A stretch of 64,000 bases of DNA from an uncultured Aliarcobacter sp. (GTDB taxonomy: Bacteria; Campylobacterota; Campylobacteria; Campylobacterales; Arcobacteraceae), in contig OY781945.1 in the NCBI GenBank assembly GCA_963677435.1, forward strand, positions 1,248,001 to 1,312,000, given 5' to 3'. The position numbers and the translations under genes are program-made. The notes beneath the pieces are model-generated. The model made no database searches. It was given only the letters and a program-made list of their open reading frames with translations, and was not told the DNA's origin. Of the stretch, positions 49,841 to 60,660 are shown piece after piece (the first letter of the stretch is position 1; every line of letters starts with the position of its first letter).

Positions 49841-51361
49841 TTGTTTTCAGAAAGAAATATACCAAAACTTATTATTCTAACACCTATAATAACAGTAATA
49901 CTAGTAGCCTTTTTTACAATATACTTTTTTGTTCAAAATCAAAATAATTATTTTGAAGAAGAGAGTATTCGTGTAGAAAAAGAGTATTTACAAAGACAAG
50001 AGAATATTCTTAAAAAAGAGGTTGACTATATAGTAAATTATATAGAATACCATGTAAATCATAATACAAAATTAACTCAAGATGAACTACAAAATGAGAT
50101 TCTAAGATATACAGAAACTATAAGATATGGTAAACATGGATATATTTGGATACATGATACAAACTACTATTTAAAAGCACATCCTTTTAGACAAGAGAGT
50201 CTTAATACTTATGATATAGACTTAAAAGACGCAATGGGAACTTTAATTACAAAACAATTTATTGATGAATCTGTAAAGAAACCAGATGGTGTATTTATTG
50301 AGTATTATTGGCAAAAGCCTCAAGAGTTACATTTCTCAAAAAAACTTGGATTTTTTAGACTTTATAAAAAATATAATTGGGTAATTGGTGCAGGACTTTA
50401 TATTGATGATATTCAAAAATCAATTTATGAAAATAAAAAGTTATTAGAAGAGCGAATAGATAAATATATTAGACTAGTTGTTTTTATATCTTCTTTAGTC
50501 ATCTTATTTATTGGAATAATGTCCTTTTTTATGTCGAAAAAAATTACTGAAGTTTTTGCAAAGTATCAAGATAATGTTAGGAAAAAAGAGCTTTTACTTG
50601 AAGATATAAATAAAAACTTAGAGTTAAAAGTACAAACAGCAATTGAAGAAGTTCAAAGAAAAGATAAAGCAATGCTTCATCAATCAAGACTTGCAAGAAT
50701 GGGTACTATGTTATCAATGATAGCTCATCAATGGAGACAACCATTAAGTGAAGTTGCTGGAATTTTGATGGAATTAGAAACAGCCACAAAATTTAAAAAA
50801 GTAGATGATAATATGATTTTAGATTCTGTAAAAGAATCAAATAAATTAATTCAATTTATGTCATATACAATAGATGATTTTAGAAACTTTTTTAAACCCG
50901 ATAAACAAAAGGTATATTTTTATATTGAAGACTCTTGTTATGAAGCAATATCTTTAATTAGTGCTTCAATTAAAAACTATAATATAACTTTACATAGAAA
51001 AATAAAGTGTAACTGCGAAATTTATGGATATAAAAGAGAATTCGCTCAAGTGTTATTAAATCTAATGTCAAATGCAAAAGATGCTTTAATTCAAAGAAAT
51101 ATAGAAAATCCAAGAATTGAATTAGAAGTTGATTATGAAAATGGTTACTCAATAGTTATCGTAAGAGATAACGCAGGTGGAGTTGAAAAAGAGTATATGG
51201 ATTTGATATTTGAACCATATTTTACAACAAAAGAAAGTCTAAAAGGTACAGGACTTGGACTTTATATGTCAAAAATGATTATAGAAAAAAATATGGGTGG
51301 AGAGTTAAGTGTTGAAAACACAAGTGATGGCGCAATGTTTAAAGTAAAAATCAAGGCTTAA
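49841..51361 (+). CDS. Cache-domain sensor histidine kinase
   Basis: Two TMs, periplasmic Cache (GYIWI, YYWQKP, WVIGAGLY), IAHQWRQPL H-box, DNAGG, GTGLGLY. Confidence 0.92.
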   Translation: MFSERNIPKLIILTPIITVILVAFFTIYFFVQNQNNYFEEESIRVEKEYLQRQENILKKEVDYIVNYIEYHVNHNTKLTQDELQNEILRYTETIRYGKHGYIWIHDTNYYLKAHPFRQESLNTYDIDLKDAMGTLITKQFIDESVKKPDGVFIEYYWQKPQELHFSKKLGFFRLYKKYNWVIGAGLYIDDIQKSIYENKKLLEERIDKYIRLVVFISSLVILFIGIMSFFMSKKITEVFAKYQDNVRKKELLLEDINKNLELKVQTAIEEVQRKDKAMLHQSRLARMGTMLSMIAHQWRQPLSEVAGILMELETATKFKKVDDNMILDSVKESNKLIQFMSYTIDDFRNFFKPDKQKVYFYIEDSCYEAISLISASIKNYNITLHRKIKCNCEIYGYKREFAQVLLNLMSNAKDALIQRNIENPRIELEVDYENGYSIVIVRDNAGGVEKEYMDLIFEPYFTTKESLKGTGLGLYMSKMIIEKNMGGELSVENTSDGAMFKVKIKA

Positions 51362-51362
51362 G

Positions 51363-52046
51363 ATGGATGATATTATTGAACAATTAAAAAACTATACTCT
51401 TTTATGTGTAGAAGATGAAGAGGGTATTAGAAAAAGATTAGTAAATACTTTAAAATACTATTTTGCTGAAGTTTATGAAGCTTCAAATGCTGATGATGGA
51501 TATATTTTATATTATGAACATAAACCAACTATTATAATTTCAGATATTGAGATGCCCAAAAAAAATGGTATTTCAATGGTTCAAGATATTAGAAAAGATG
51601 ATTTAAATACAATTATTATTATGTTAACTGCATATTCAAGTGAAGAGTATCTTTTAAATTTAATAAACCTAAATATTAATCATTATATTTTAAAACCAGT
51701 AACTTCTGAAACACTACTTCAAGGAATAATAAAAGCTTTTGGAAATAGATTAGAAAATAAAATAAAGTTTTGTGAAGATATTTATTTTAATCTAAAACAT
51801 AGAGAACTTTATTATAAAGATGAGGTTGTGAGCTTGAGAAAAAGAGAAAAAGATTTTTTATTATTGCTTCATGAAAATAAAAATAGAATTTTAACATATG
51901 CGATGATTGAAGAGTATATTTGGAAAGATAAAACTATGAGTATGAGTGCTTTAAAAACTTTTATAAAAGAGTTAAGACAGCGATTACCAAAAGATTTAAT
52001 TACAAATGTAGCACTTGAAGGTTATAAACTAACTTCTTTTAAATAA
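51363..52046 (+). CDS. OmpR-family response regulator
   Basis: VEDE, SDIEMPKKNG, KP; winged-helix C-terminus. Confidence 0.92.
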   Translation: MDDIIEQLKNYTLLCVEDEEGIRKRLVNTLKYYFAEVYEASNADDGYILYYEHKPTIIISDIEMPKKNGISMVQDIRKDDLNTIIIMLTAYSSEEYLLNLINLNINHYILKPVTSETLLQGIIKAFGNRLENKIKFCEDIYFNLKHRELYYKDEVVSLRKREKDFLLLLHENKNRILTYAMIEEYIWKDKTMSMSALKTFIKELRQRLPKDLITNVALEGYKLTSFK

Positions 52047-52055
52047 ATTTTAAAA

Positions 52056-52072
52056 ACTCACCTATTACTCAC
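52056..52072 (+). promoter_or_regulatory. Response-regulator direct repeat upstream of the TRAP-pxp operon
   Basis: ACTCAC-ctatt-ACTCAC, 11-bp period. Confidence 0.65.
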
Positions 52073-52117
52073 TTGAAATTATTATGATGTTTTTATAATA
52101 AAACCAAGGAGTTTAAC

Positions 52118-53074
52118 ATGTTAAAAAAATGTCTAATAATAGCAACACTAGCAAGTGCTTTACTAGCAGGTGATGTGAAAATGAATTTAAATGCAAAGTA
52201 TGGAGCTACAAATTTTCATACAATTGGTGCTCAAAAATATGCTGATTTAGTAAAAGAATACACAAAAGGAAGTGTTGATATTACTATTCATCCAGGTTCT
52301 TCTTTAATCAAAGGAAATCCTTTAAAAGCTGTAAAAGATGGAACAGTTGCAATGACTGATATGTTTATTCCATTTACAGCAGGTGGAGGAAAAGTTTTTG
52401 GAATATCTGCTTTACCTTTTATTGCTACATCTTATGAAGATGCTTATAGACTTTATCAAATTTCAAAACCAGCTTATGAAAAAACTGCAAAACAATGGAA
52501 TCAAAAACTATTATATAGTGTAACTTGGCCAGCTTCTGGTTTTTACTCAAATAAACAAATGGAATCTATAGAAGATTTCAAAGGTGCAAAAACAAGAACT
52601 TACGATAAAAATTCTGCTGATTTTGTAAATGGAGCAGGAGGAAATGCTGTATCTTTACCTTGGGGAGAAGTATATTCAGCTTTAAGAACAGGAATGGTTG
52701 ATTCTGTTATTACTTCATCATCATCGGGAAAAGATGGTAAGTTTTGGGAAGTATTAAGTAACTACACAAAAATAAATTATGCTTATCCTTTACAAGCTGT
52801 TACTATAAATCTTGATTACTGGAATTCATTGGACAAAGCTCAACAAGATGCTATGTTAAAAGCAGCCGCAGAAATAGAAAAAGCTCAATGGGAAGCTGTA
52901 AAAGTTGAAGACAAAGAGTCTCTTGATATGATGGCTCAAAATGGTATGAAAATTTCAGAAACAAGTGAGCAACTAAAAACTGAGTTAAATAAAATTGCTT
53001 CTAAAATGTTAGATGAATATTTAGCTGATGCTGATAATGAAACAAAAGAAATTTTCAAAGAATATAGAAAGTAA
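52118..53074 (+). CDS. dctP: TRAP substrate-binding protein (putative pyroglutamate)
   Basis: NFHT, SALPF, LPWGEVYSALRTGMVD; distinct from the island paralogs; upstream of pxpABC. Confidence 0.82.
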   Translation: MLKKCLIIATLASALLAGDVKMNLNAKYGATNFHTIGAQKYADLVKEYTKGSVDITIHPGSSLIKGNPLKAVKDGTVAMTDMFIPFTAGGGKVFGISALPFIATSYEDAYRLYQISKPAYEKTAKQWNQKLLYSVTWPASGFYSNKQMESIEDFKGAKTRTYDKNSADFVNGAGGNAVSLPWGEVYSALRTGMVDSVITSSSSGKDGKFWEVLSNYTKINYAYPLQAVTINLDYWNSLDKAQQDAMLKAAAEIEKAQWEAVKVEDKESLDMMAQNGMKISETSEQLKTELNKIASKMLDEYLADADNETKEIFKEYRK

Positions 53075-53078
53075 GCAA

Positions 53079-53564
53079 ATGCAAACATTTTTTAAATTTA
53101 TAAATAAGCTCTCATTGTGGGGAGCTTATTTAGGCGCAGTTGCCTTAGTTTCTTTAACATTGTTAATCTTAACAGAAATTTTCATCAGATATTTTTTTAA
53201 TATGTCAACAATGATTGCAGATGAATATAGTGGATATTTATATTTAGCTTCAATTTTTCTAGGTTTGGCTTATACATTTAATGAAGATGCCCATATTAGA
53301 ATTAATATTATTACTTCAAAAATGAGTGAAAAATCAAATAGATTGATTGATGTAGTTGCTGGAAGTTTTACCATTGTAATTTTACTTTTTGCATTTTATA
53401 GAACGATATTATTTACTTATGACTCTTATTCTATGGATATGCTTTCTGAATCAGTTTCAGCAACTCCCTTATATTTGACTCAATTAGTTATGCCTTTGGG
53501 AATATTGATTTTTATTTTAAGTGTTTTAGTTTTTGTATTAAGAAGGTTAAAAAATGATAAGTGA
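53079..53564 (+). CDS. dctQ: TRAP small permease
   Basis: ADEYSGYL, AHIRI; start moved to ATG 53079. Confidence 0.85.
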   Translation: MQTFFKFINKLSLWGAYLGAVALVSLTLLILTEIFIRYFFNMSTMIADEYSGYLYLASIFLGLAYTFNEDAHIRINIITSKMSEKSNRLIDVVAGSFTIVILLFAFYRTILFTYDSYSMDMLSESVSATPLYLTQLVMPLGILIFILSVLVFVLRRLKNDK

Positions 53565-54888
53565 TCCACTAATTTTATCTATAGTTATAGTATTTATAAT
53601 GTTTATTTTTTTATTGTCATCAATTTGGATTGGAGTTTCTCTTATTTTAACTGGAATTGTGGCTATGCTGATTTTTGATTCACAGTTACCACCTATGATT
53701 TCAATATATGATAAGATTGGTGATTTATTGGCTTCATCTATGTATGATTCATTAAATTCATGGTCACTAGCTGCATTACCTATGTTTATTTTGATGGGAG
53801 AGATTTTATATAAATCATCAATCTCAACTAAACTTCTAAATGGTTTGATGCCTTGGTTAAATTTCATTCCAGGGAAATTATTACATATAAATGTGGCTGC
53901 TTGTTCTTTATTTGCAGCAGTTTCAGGTTCAAGTGCTGCAACAACTGCAACAGTTGGAAAAATAACACTTGATGAGCTTGAAAAAAGAGGTTATTCAAAA
54001 TCTTTAGCATTAGGTTCTCTTGCTGGAAGTGGAACACTTGGTTTTTTAATTCCTCCATCTTTAATTATGATTATTTATGGTGTATTGTCTGATGTATCTA
54101 TTGGAAAATTATTTATGGCAGGAATATTACCTGGACTAATGCTTGCAACTTTATATTCAGTTTATATAATGCTTGTTTCAAAAATAGATAAAAGTGTAGT
54201 TCCAACTGATGAAAATAAGTATGTATTAAAAGATTTTATAAAATCTTTAGAAGAGTTATTCCCAATATTATCTTTAATAACTGTAGTTTTAGGTTCTATT
54301 TATGGAGGAATTGCAACTCCTACAGAAGCTGCATCATTGGGTGTTTTAGGTTCAATTATATTAGCAATTTATTTCAAAAGTTTCTCTTTAGAAGTATTTA
54401 AAAACGCATTATTAAACACAATGAAAACATCAGTAATGATAAGTTTTATTATTGTTGGTGCTGGATTTTTATCTCAAGTTATAGGCTTCTTAGGAATTGC
54501 AAGAGCTATTAGTGAATATATTGGAACTTTAGGTTTAACTCCTATGATGTTAATCTTAATCATTGGAATTATGTATATTTTCCTTGGAATGATACTTGAT
54601 GGTATTTCTATTGTTGTTATGACTTTACCGATTGTTTTACCAATTATTGTTCTTGCTGGATTTGATCCTTTATGGTTTGGTATATTTTTAGTATTTATGG
54701 TTGAGTTATCACAAATTACTCCACCTGTTGGATTCTCCTTATTTGTAATACAAGCAATTAGTGGTGAAAAAATAGAATATATATTAAAAGCTACATTACC
54801 ATTTTTTATTTTGATGATTGTTGCGGTTGTGTTGATAACTTATTTCCCACAAATCGTGCATTTCTTACCAAATTATATGATAAAATAG
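53554..54888 (+). CDS. dctM: TRAP large permease
   Basis: GSSAATTATVG, GTLGFLIPPS, QITPPVGF. Confidence 0.92.
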   Translation: MISDPLILSIVIVFIMFIFLLSSIWIGVSLILTGIVAMLIFDSQLPPMISIYDKIGDLLASSMYDSLNSWSLAALPMFILMGEILYKSSISTKLLNGLMPWLNFIPGKLLHINVAACSLFAAVSGSSAATTATVGKITLDELEKRGYSKSLALGSLAGSGTLGFLIPPSLIMIIYGVLSDVSIGKLFMAGILPGLMLATLYSVYIMLVSKIDKSVVPTDENKYVLKDFIKSLEELFPILSLITVVLGSIYGGIATPTEAASLGVLGSIILAIYFKSFSLEVFKNALLNTMKTSVMISFIIVGAGFLSQVIGFLGIARAISEYIGTLGLTPMMLILIIGIMYIFLGMILDGISIVVMTLPIVLPIIVLAGFDPLWFGIFLVFMVELSQITPPVGFSLFVIQAISGEKIEYILKATLPFFILMIVAVVLITYFPQIVHFLPNYMIK

Positions 54889-54898
54889 GAGTAAATTA

Positions 54899-55648
54899 AT
54901 GCAAGGCAATGATATGAAAATAAAATTAAATTGTGATATGGGCGAGAGCTTTGGTATTTGGAAGATGGGAAATGATGAAGAAATCATGCCACTTATTGAT
55001 ATGGCAAATTTAGCTTGTGGTTTTCATGCTAGTGATGCTGTTACAATGAGTCGATCTGTAATATTAGCAAAAAAATATAATGTTACTATTGGTGCACATC
55101 CCTCATATAATGATTTATTAGGTTTTGGAAGAAGAACAGTTTTATGTTCCCTTGAAGAGATAAAATCTATTATTTTATATCAACTAGGAGCGCTAAATGC
55201 TTTTTGTAGAGCACAAGGTGTAGTTCTTTCTTATGTGAAACCTCATGGCGCTTTATACAATGATATGATGCGAGATGAGAATATTTTTAAAGCAGTTTTA
55301 AATGCAGTTTCATCATTTAATAAAAACATTAAACTTATGGTTTTATCAGGTCCAAAAAATGAAGAGTATGAATATACAGCAAAACTTTATGATATGAAAT
55401 TACTTTTCGAAGTATTTGCAGATAGAAACTACAATGATGATGGAAGTTTAGTTTCAAGAATGGATGAAAATGCTGTACTTCATGATGAATTAGAAGTTGT
55501 AAATAGAATAGTTAATCTAAAAGACAAAGGTTATTTATATAGTATAAATGGTCAAAAACTATTTTTAAAAACTGATTCTGTTTGTGTTCATGGGGATAAT
55601 GATAAAGCCTTAGAATTTATTAAACTACTTAGAAAAGCTTTATACTAA
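54899..55648 (+). CDS. pxpA: 5-oxoprolinase subunit A (LamB/YcsF)
   Basis: LNCDMGESFG, ANLACGFHA, GAHPSY, YVKPHGALYN, CVHGD. Confidence 0.92.
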   Translation: MQGNDMKIKLNCDMGESFGIWKMGNDEEIMPLIDMANLACGFHASDAVTMSRSVILAKKYNVTIGAHPSYNDLLGFGRRTVLCSLEEIKSIILYQLGALNAFCRAQGVVLSYVKPHGALYNDMMRDENIFKAVLNAVSSFNKNIKLMVLSGPKNEEYEYTAKLYDMKLLFEVFADRNYNDDGSLVSRMDENAVLHDELEVVNRIVNLKDKGYLYSINGQKLFLKTDSVCVHGDNDKALEFIKLLRKALY

Positions 55649-56322
55649 TGATTTTTAAAATAGTAAATGTAGATTCTCTGATTATCTATTTTGGAGATAA
55701 AATAGATGAAGATATTGCCCTAAAAATTAAAAAGATTTATCAAGGTTTACGAAAGTTAAACCTTGATGGACTAATAGAAATCATCCCTTCTTATACTTCT
55801 ATTTTTATTACTTTTGATATTTTTAAATATGATTTTGAAACTTTAAAAAATATCATAGAGCAAAATATAAACTTAGATTTACAAGAGAATTTTGATGAAA
55901 AGATTATCACAGTAGATGTTTATTATGGAACTGAAGTTGGATTTGATTTAATTGATATGAGTTCTAAAACAAAAATAAGTATTGAAGAAATTATACAGAT
56001 TCACTCAAATAAACTTTATGATGTTTATGCAATTGGATTTTTGCCAGGTTTTGCATATCTTGCAAAAGTGGATGAAAGAATTGCACTTCCAAGACTTTCT
56101 ACTCCTAGAAAAATAGTTCCAAAAGGAAGTGTTGCAATTGCTGATACTCAAACTGCAATTTATCCCCAACAAAGCCCTGGCGGTTGGAATATTGTAGGTA
56201 AAACGGTTTTTGAACTTTTTGATAAAAAATTAGATAATTTATCTCCATTAAATGTGGGAGATAAAGTAAAATTTAATCCTATTTCAAAGGAAGAATTTTT
56301 AAATCAAGGAGGTGTTTTATGA
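55648..56322 (+). CDS. pxpB: 5-oxoprolinase subunit B
   Basis: IPSYTS, GFLPGFAYL, YPQQSPGGWNIVG. Confidence 0.9.
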   Translation: MIFKIVNVDSLIIYFGDKIDEDIALKIKKIYQGLRKLNLDGLIEIIPSYTSIFITFDIFKYDFETLKNIIEQNINLDLQENFDEKIITVDVYYGTEVGFDLIDMSSKTKISIEEIIQIHSNKLYDVYAIGFLPGFAYLAKVDERIALPRLSTPRKIVPKGSVAIADTQTAIYPQQSPGGWNIVGKTVFELFDKKLDNLSPLNVGDKVKFNPISKEEFLNQGGVL

Positions 56323-57230
56323 GTTTAGAAGTTGTAAATAATCCTCTTTTTGTAACAATTCAAGATAAAGGACGATTTGGATATTCCCACATTGGAGTAA
56401 CTTCAAGTGGTGTAATGGATGAATATGCTTATTTTTGTGCAAATCAGTTATTGAAAAATCATTTAGATACAAATATTTTAGAAATTGCATTTTCAAATGT
56501 AGTTTTTAAAGCAAATGCAAATACTCAAATAGCAATTACAGGTGCTAGTTGTGAGTTTTTTATAAATGATATTCTAAAAGAATCTTGGAGAAGTCATAAT
56601 ATTAAAAATGGCGATATTATTAAAATTGGGAAAATCTTATCTGGAAATAGGGTGTATATAGCTGTTTTTGGTGGATTTAATATTAAAAAAGAATTTGGAA
56701 GTAATAGTGTTACAATAAAAGAAAATCTTGGTGGAATAGATGGAAATAAGTTAAAAAAAGGTGATATTTTACCTTTTGAAAATTATGTTTCTACTCATAC
56801 AATTCGCCTAAAAAATGAGTTTATTCCAAAATATGAAGAAGAGTTGATTCTTAGAGTAATCTTTTCATATCAAGAAAGTCATTTTTTAAAAGAAGAAAAG
56901 CAAAAGTTTTTAAATTCAACATATTTAGTTACGAATGATTTTAATAGAATGGCTTGTAAATTAAGTGGTGAAGCAATCAAGTGTGATATAAATGGAATAA
57001 TATCAGAAGGTATCGCTTTTGGAAGTATTCAAATCCCAAGTGATGGGCAACCTATAGTTTTATTAAAAGATAGGCAAACAATTGGTGGTTATCCAAAAAT
57101 TGGAGTTGTTTTAAGTTTAGATTGTTTTAAATTATCCCAAGCAAAAGCTAATACAAAAATAAGATTTGAAGAGATATCTTATGAAGAGGCAATTCAAAAG
57201 ACAAAAGAGTTTTATTCCTCTTTCTTATGA
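56319..57230 (+). CDS. pxpC: 5-oxoprolinase subunit C
   Basis: TIQDKGRFG, GSIQIPSDGQPIVLLKDRQTIGGYPKI. Confidence 0.9.
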   Translation: MSLEVVNNPLFVTIQDKGRFGYSHIGVTSSGVMDEYAYFCANQLLKNHLDTNILEIAFSNVVFKANANTQIAITGASCEFFINDILKESWRSHNIKNGDIIKIGKILSGNRVYIAVFGGFNIKKEFGSNSVTIKENLGGIDGNKLKKGDILPFENYVSTHTIRLKNEFIPKYEEELILRVIFSYQESHFLKEEKQKFLNSTYLVTNDFNRMACKLSGEAIKCDINGIISEGIAFGSIQIPSDGQPIVLLKDRQTIGGYPKIGVVLSLDCFKLSQAKANTKIRFEEISYEEAIQKTKEFYSSFL

Positions 57231-58021
57231 GTTAATAATTTCTCAAAAATCTCTTTTGATTCTTCTTCTTTTTGATATGAACAAATTTTAAACTCATATT
57301 TAGCTTTTATAAATAGTCCTGAATTGCTTTTTAAAGTAGTATTTGACAATAAATGTTCTAAATTGAGGATAGAATCAATAATAGGTTTTTTATCCTCTTT
57401 TTCTCCCATTACAATAAAAATTAGGAATTTATTTTCGTTGTATCTAACTATTTTAAAATCAATATTTTCATCTTTTAGTTTTTGTTTTATAAATTTAGCT
57501 GCAAAAATAAGTAAGTTATTTGCTAAAAGTTCACCATACTCTTTTTGAATATATAAATAGTCAATAACATCAGCTAAAATACAAAGACCAGCTTGTTGAA
57601 ATTTTGTATTTTCATCTAAGAATTTAGTATAAATCCATTTTTTATTGAATGTATTTGTTAAATCATCTAAAAAAAGTTTTTCATTTAAATTTTTTACTTC
57701 ATGTTCTAATTCAAGCATTTTTTTATAAATATCAACTAAAGAACTTACATCTTTATTTAATACTGCATTTGTTGCATCTTTCGCATTTTCTTGGAGTATT
57801 GCAGTACTTTTTGCGATTATATTCATATATTTTTCAATTGTTTGGAAATCTTCAGATATTAATTGATTAATTTCAGTTTTAAAGTTTTCATCATCTAAAT
57901 CTATCTCTAACTCTTTTGCATGATAGTTAAACCTATCAAAATATGTTGATGGAAGTATAATATTATTATTTAAAAGTTCATTTATAGTTAAATCTGTTAT
58001 TTTTTTTAATTCTTGTTTCAA
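57212..58021 (-). CDS. Degenerate GGDEF-like domain protein
   Basis: DDLTNTFNK entry motif; active-site position reads RYNENKF. Confidence 0.65.
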   Translation of the reverse strand: MKQELKKITDLTINELLNNNIILPSTYFDRFNYHAKELEIDLDDENFKTEINQLISEDFQTIEKYMNIIAKSTAILQENAKDATNAVLNKDVSSLVDIYKKMLELEHEVKNLNEKLFLDDLTNTFNKKWIYTKFLDENTKFQQAGLCILADVIDYLYIQKEYGELLANNLLIFAAKFIKQKLKDENIDFKIVRYNENKFLIFIVMGEKEDKKPIIDSILNLEHLLSNTTLKSNSGLFIKAKYEFKICSYQKEEESKEIFEKLLTHKKEE

Positions 58022-59247
58022 TCTTTCTCTCCAAATAATTCTTTAATGCATTTAGGTTTTCCAATATAATAACCTTGTGAATAATCAATTTGTACATTTT
58101 TTACATATCTTAAAATTTTTAAGTCACTCACAAATTCAGCAACAACTTTAATATCTTGTTGTTTTGAAAATAAAACAATACTTTTAATTAAGTTTAAATA
58201 TATATCTTCATCTATTTTTTTTATTAAAGACCCATCAATTTTTATGTAATCAATGTTTAAATTCAGTATATTCTCATAATTTGAAAAACCTGTACCAAAA
58301 TCATCAATTGCGATTTTAACACCAAGTTTTTTTATCTCATTAATAAAATTATTTACCATTTCAAAGCTATTTACTTTCTCACTTTCAAGTATTTCAAGAG
58401 TAAGATACTTCCCAATATTATTACTTTTTATCTTAGAAAGAAGAGTTTTTTTTATCTGTGGATTTAATATATCTGTATAATCAAGGTTTATGCTCACATG
58501 AATTTTATATTTTAGAATATAAATTATGATTTTATCAATTAAAATTTCCATGAGTTTGTTGTATAGTCTACATTTCTTTGCTTTATGAATAAAAATATTA
58601 GGCATTATTATATGACCATTTTTATCAAATATTCTCATTAAAGCTTCATATTTAACTATTTCATCATTTTCATTATCCATAATAGGTTGAAGATATGGCT
58701 CAACTAGATTATTATTAATATTATAATTTAGAACTTCAAGAAGATCTTCATTTATAAAATCATTTTTATATAAAAATGAATCATAATATGTATAATGAAT
58801 ATAGTTTATCTTTGCATTATGAAGTGCTTTTTCCGCATAAATTTTAAGGTTTTTATCACTACTTTTTGCACAACCAATAGTAACATCAATATTTATTGTT
58901 GAAATATTATCTAAGAGTTGAAAATTATGAGATACAATATTTTCATAAATTAGATTTTTTATTTTTACGATATCTTCAACGCTAAGATTATCATAGATTA
59001 ATATCTCAAATACATCGGTGTGAATATTTTTTATTTTGATTTTGATGTTTTTCTTTAGAGCTTTTTTTATTAGTTCTTTGGTTTTGTTCGTTAGGATTTG
59101 ATTTAGTTGTTTTATAATGGAATCACCATTTTTAAAATTATAAATTGCATTTAAATCTTTCATATATAAAATATCAATTAAAAAAAGAGTTTTTATATTA
59201 TTTTTTCTGATAAAAATGTTTAATAATTTATGTAATAACACAACCAA
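58018..59247 (-). CDS. EAL-domain c-di-GMP phosphodiesterase with degenerate N-terminal GGDEF-like region
   Basis: QPI, YEALMR, EILESE, DDFGTGFSN, IKIDGS, VAEFV, QGYY. Confidence 0.85.
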   Translation of the reverse strand: MVVLLHKLLNIFIRKNNIKTLFLIDILYMKDLNAIYNFKNGDSIIKQLNQILTNKTKELIKKALKKNIKIKIKNIHTDVFEILIYDNLSVEDIVKIKNLIYENIVSHNFQLLDNISTINIDVTIGCAKSSDKNLKIYAEKALHNAKINYIHYTYYDSFLYKNDFINEDLLEVLNYNINNNLVEPYLQPIMDNENDEIVKYEALMRIFDKNGHIIMPNIFIHKAKKCRLYNKLMEILIDKIIIYILKYKIHVSINLDYTDILNPQIKKTLLSKIKSNNIGKYLTLEILESEKVNSFEMVNNFINEIKKLGVKIAIDDFGTGFSNYENILNLNIDYIKIDGSLIKKIDEDIYLNLIKSIVLFSKQQDIKVVAEFVSDLKILRYVKNVQIDYSQGYYIGKPKCIKELFGEKD

Positions 59248-59421
59248 AGCCTTTGTAAACTCAAATAACGCCCCAATTATATATTATTTATCTTAAATAT
59301 GTATGAAAAAAATCTCTATAAAATAAATATTATATTTTAGTTACAAATTTATCACCAAAATTTTAGATTTAATAAAAATTTGGATAAAATCGGGACATTT
59401 TATAAATAGGATTATATAAAA

Positions 59422-60054
59422 ATGAGAAAAATAAATATTAAAGATTTAGAATTAAATATAGATATTACATACATTTTGAATTTATACGCTTCAAAAACTC
59501 CAATTATTATTGATGTAGATGGAAATATTTTTACAAAAGAAGATGAAGTTAAGAAAAAAGCTGTAATTTATCGAAATCACGATGTAAAACAATTATCTTC
59601 AATACTTGATGCAAAAGCAATAGCTTCACATCTTTTTGCAGATTATAAAGTAAATATCGTAGGAACAATTTGCAAGATGAAACCAGTTTCAAATTGGCAA
59701 AATATTATTGATATGAATAAAACAACTATGCTTTATTTTGATCACCAAAGTGATGGAGTTGAAATATTTGAAGATAAAGAGCTTGAAGATTATGGTTGGA
59801 ATGCTAGTGCTTTAGAAATTAATTATAGAGAAATTAGTGAATTTATTGAAAAGTCATGTGATGGTGTTTTACTTTGTTATGATAACGAAATTCAATTTAG
59901 TGGTTTTGTAATCGTTAATGATTTAGAGGATGTAAAACAAAAAGTTAAAGAGTACATAATAAATAAAGCAAAACAAAATATTAAAGAGCAAATAATTGAT
60001 ATTGAAAATGATGATGTTATTGATGCTTTAGAATTTTTTGGAATAGAGGCATAA
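59422..60054 (+). CDS. Hypothetical protein
   Basis: AGGA RBS; 210 aa ORF. Confidence 0.65.
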   Translation: MRKINIKDLELNIDITYILNLYASKTPIIIDVDGNIFTKEDEVKKKAVIYRNHDVKQLSSILDAKAIASHLFADYKVNIVGTICKMKPVSNWQNIIDMNKTTMLYFDHQSDGVEIFEDKELEDYGWNASALEINYREISEFIEKSCDGVLLCYDNEIQFSGFVIVNDLEDVKQKVKEYIINKAKQNIKEQIIDIENDDVIDALEFFGIEA

Positions 60055-60058
60055 ATAA

Positions 60059-60597
60059 ATGGAAGATATTATACGAGATTGGGGCTATTTAGCTCTTTTC
60101 TTATACTCTTTTGGTGGTGGATTTGTAGGTTTGGTTGTTGCAGGAGTTTTATCATACTCTGGGGATTTAAATATTTATATTTCAATTCTAGTAGCAGGAG
60201 TTTCAAACTTTTTAGGTGACCAGTTTTTATTTTTTTTAGCTAGAAAAAATAAAAATTATGCAAAAGATATGATGAAAAAATATGGTAGAAAAATTGCCCT
60301 TGCTCATATAATGATGAGAAAATATGGTTCTTTTGTAGTTTTTGTACAAAAATATATTTATGGTATAAAAACATTAATTCCACTTGCTATGGACTTACAA
60401 AATATCCAGCAGCTAAATTTGCATTTTTTAACTCACTAGCAACTATCCTTTGGGCCTGTGTCGTTGGATATTTAAGCTTTACAGCAGGAAAATATATTTT
60501 AAGTTTAGGAGATGATTTTAAATATATAGGATTAGGAATAGTTCTTGTGATTTTTTTATCAATAACTTATATTTTCAAAAAAATAGAAAAAAAATAA
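60059..60597 (+). pseudogene. DedA-family membrane protein with a 1-bp frameshift
   Basis: GDQFLFFLAR, QKYIYGIKTLIPLAM, then continues in the -1 frame from 60391 as GLTKYPAAKFAFFNSLATILW...KK* (stop 60597). Confidence 0.75.
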
Positions 60598-60660
60598 CAC
60601 TTACACAAAAGTACTTTATAGTTTTAGATATAATAAATAAAAAACTATAAAGGCTTTCCC

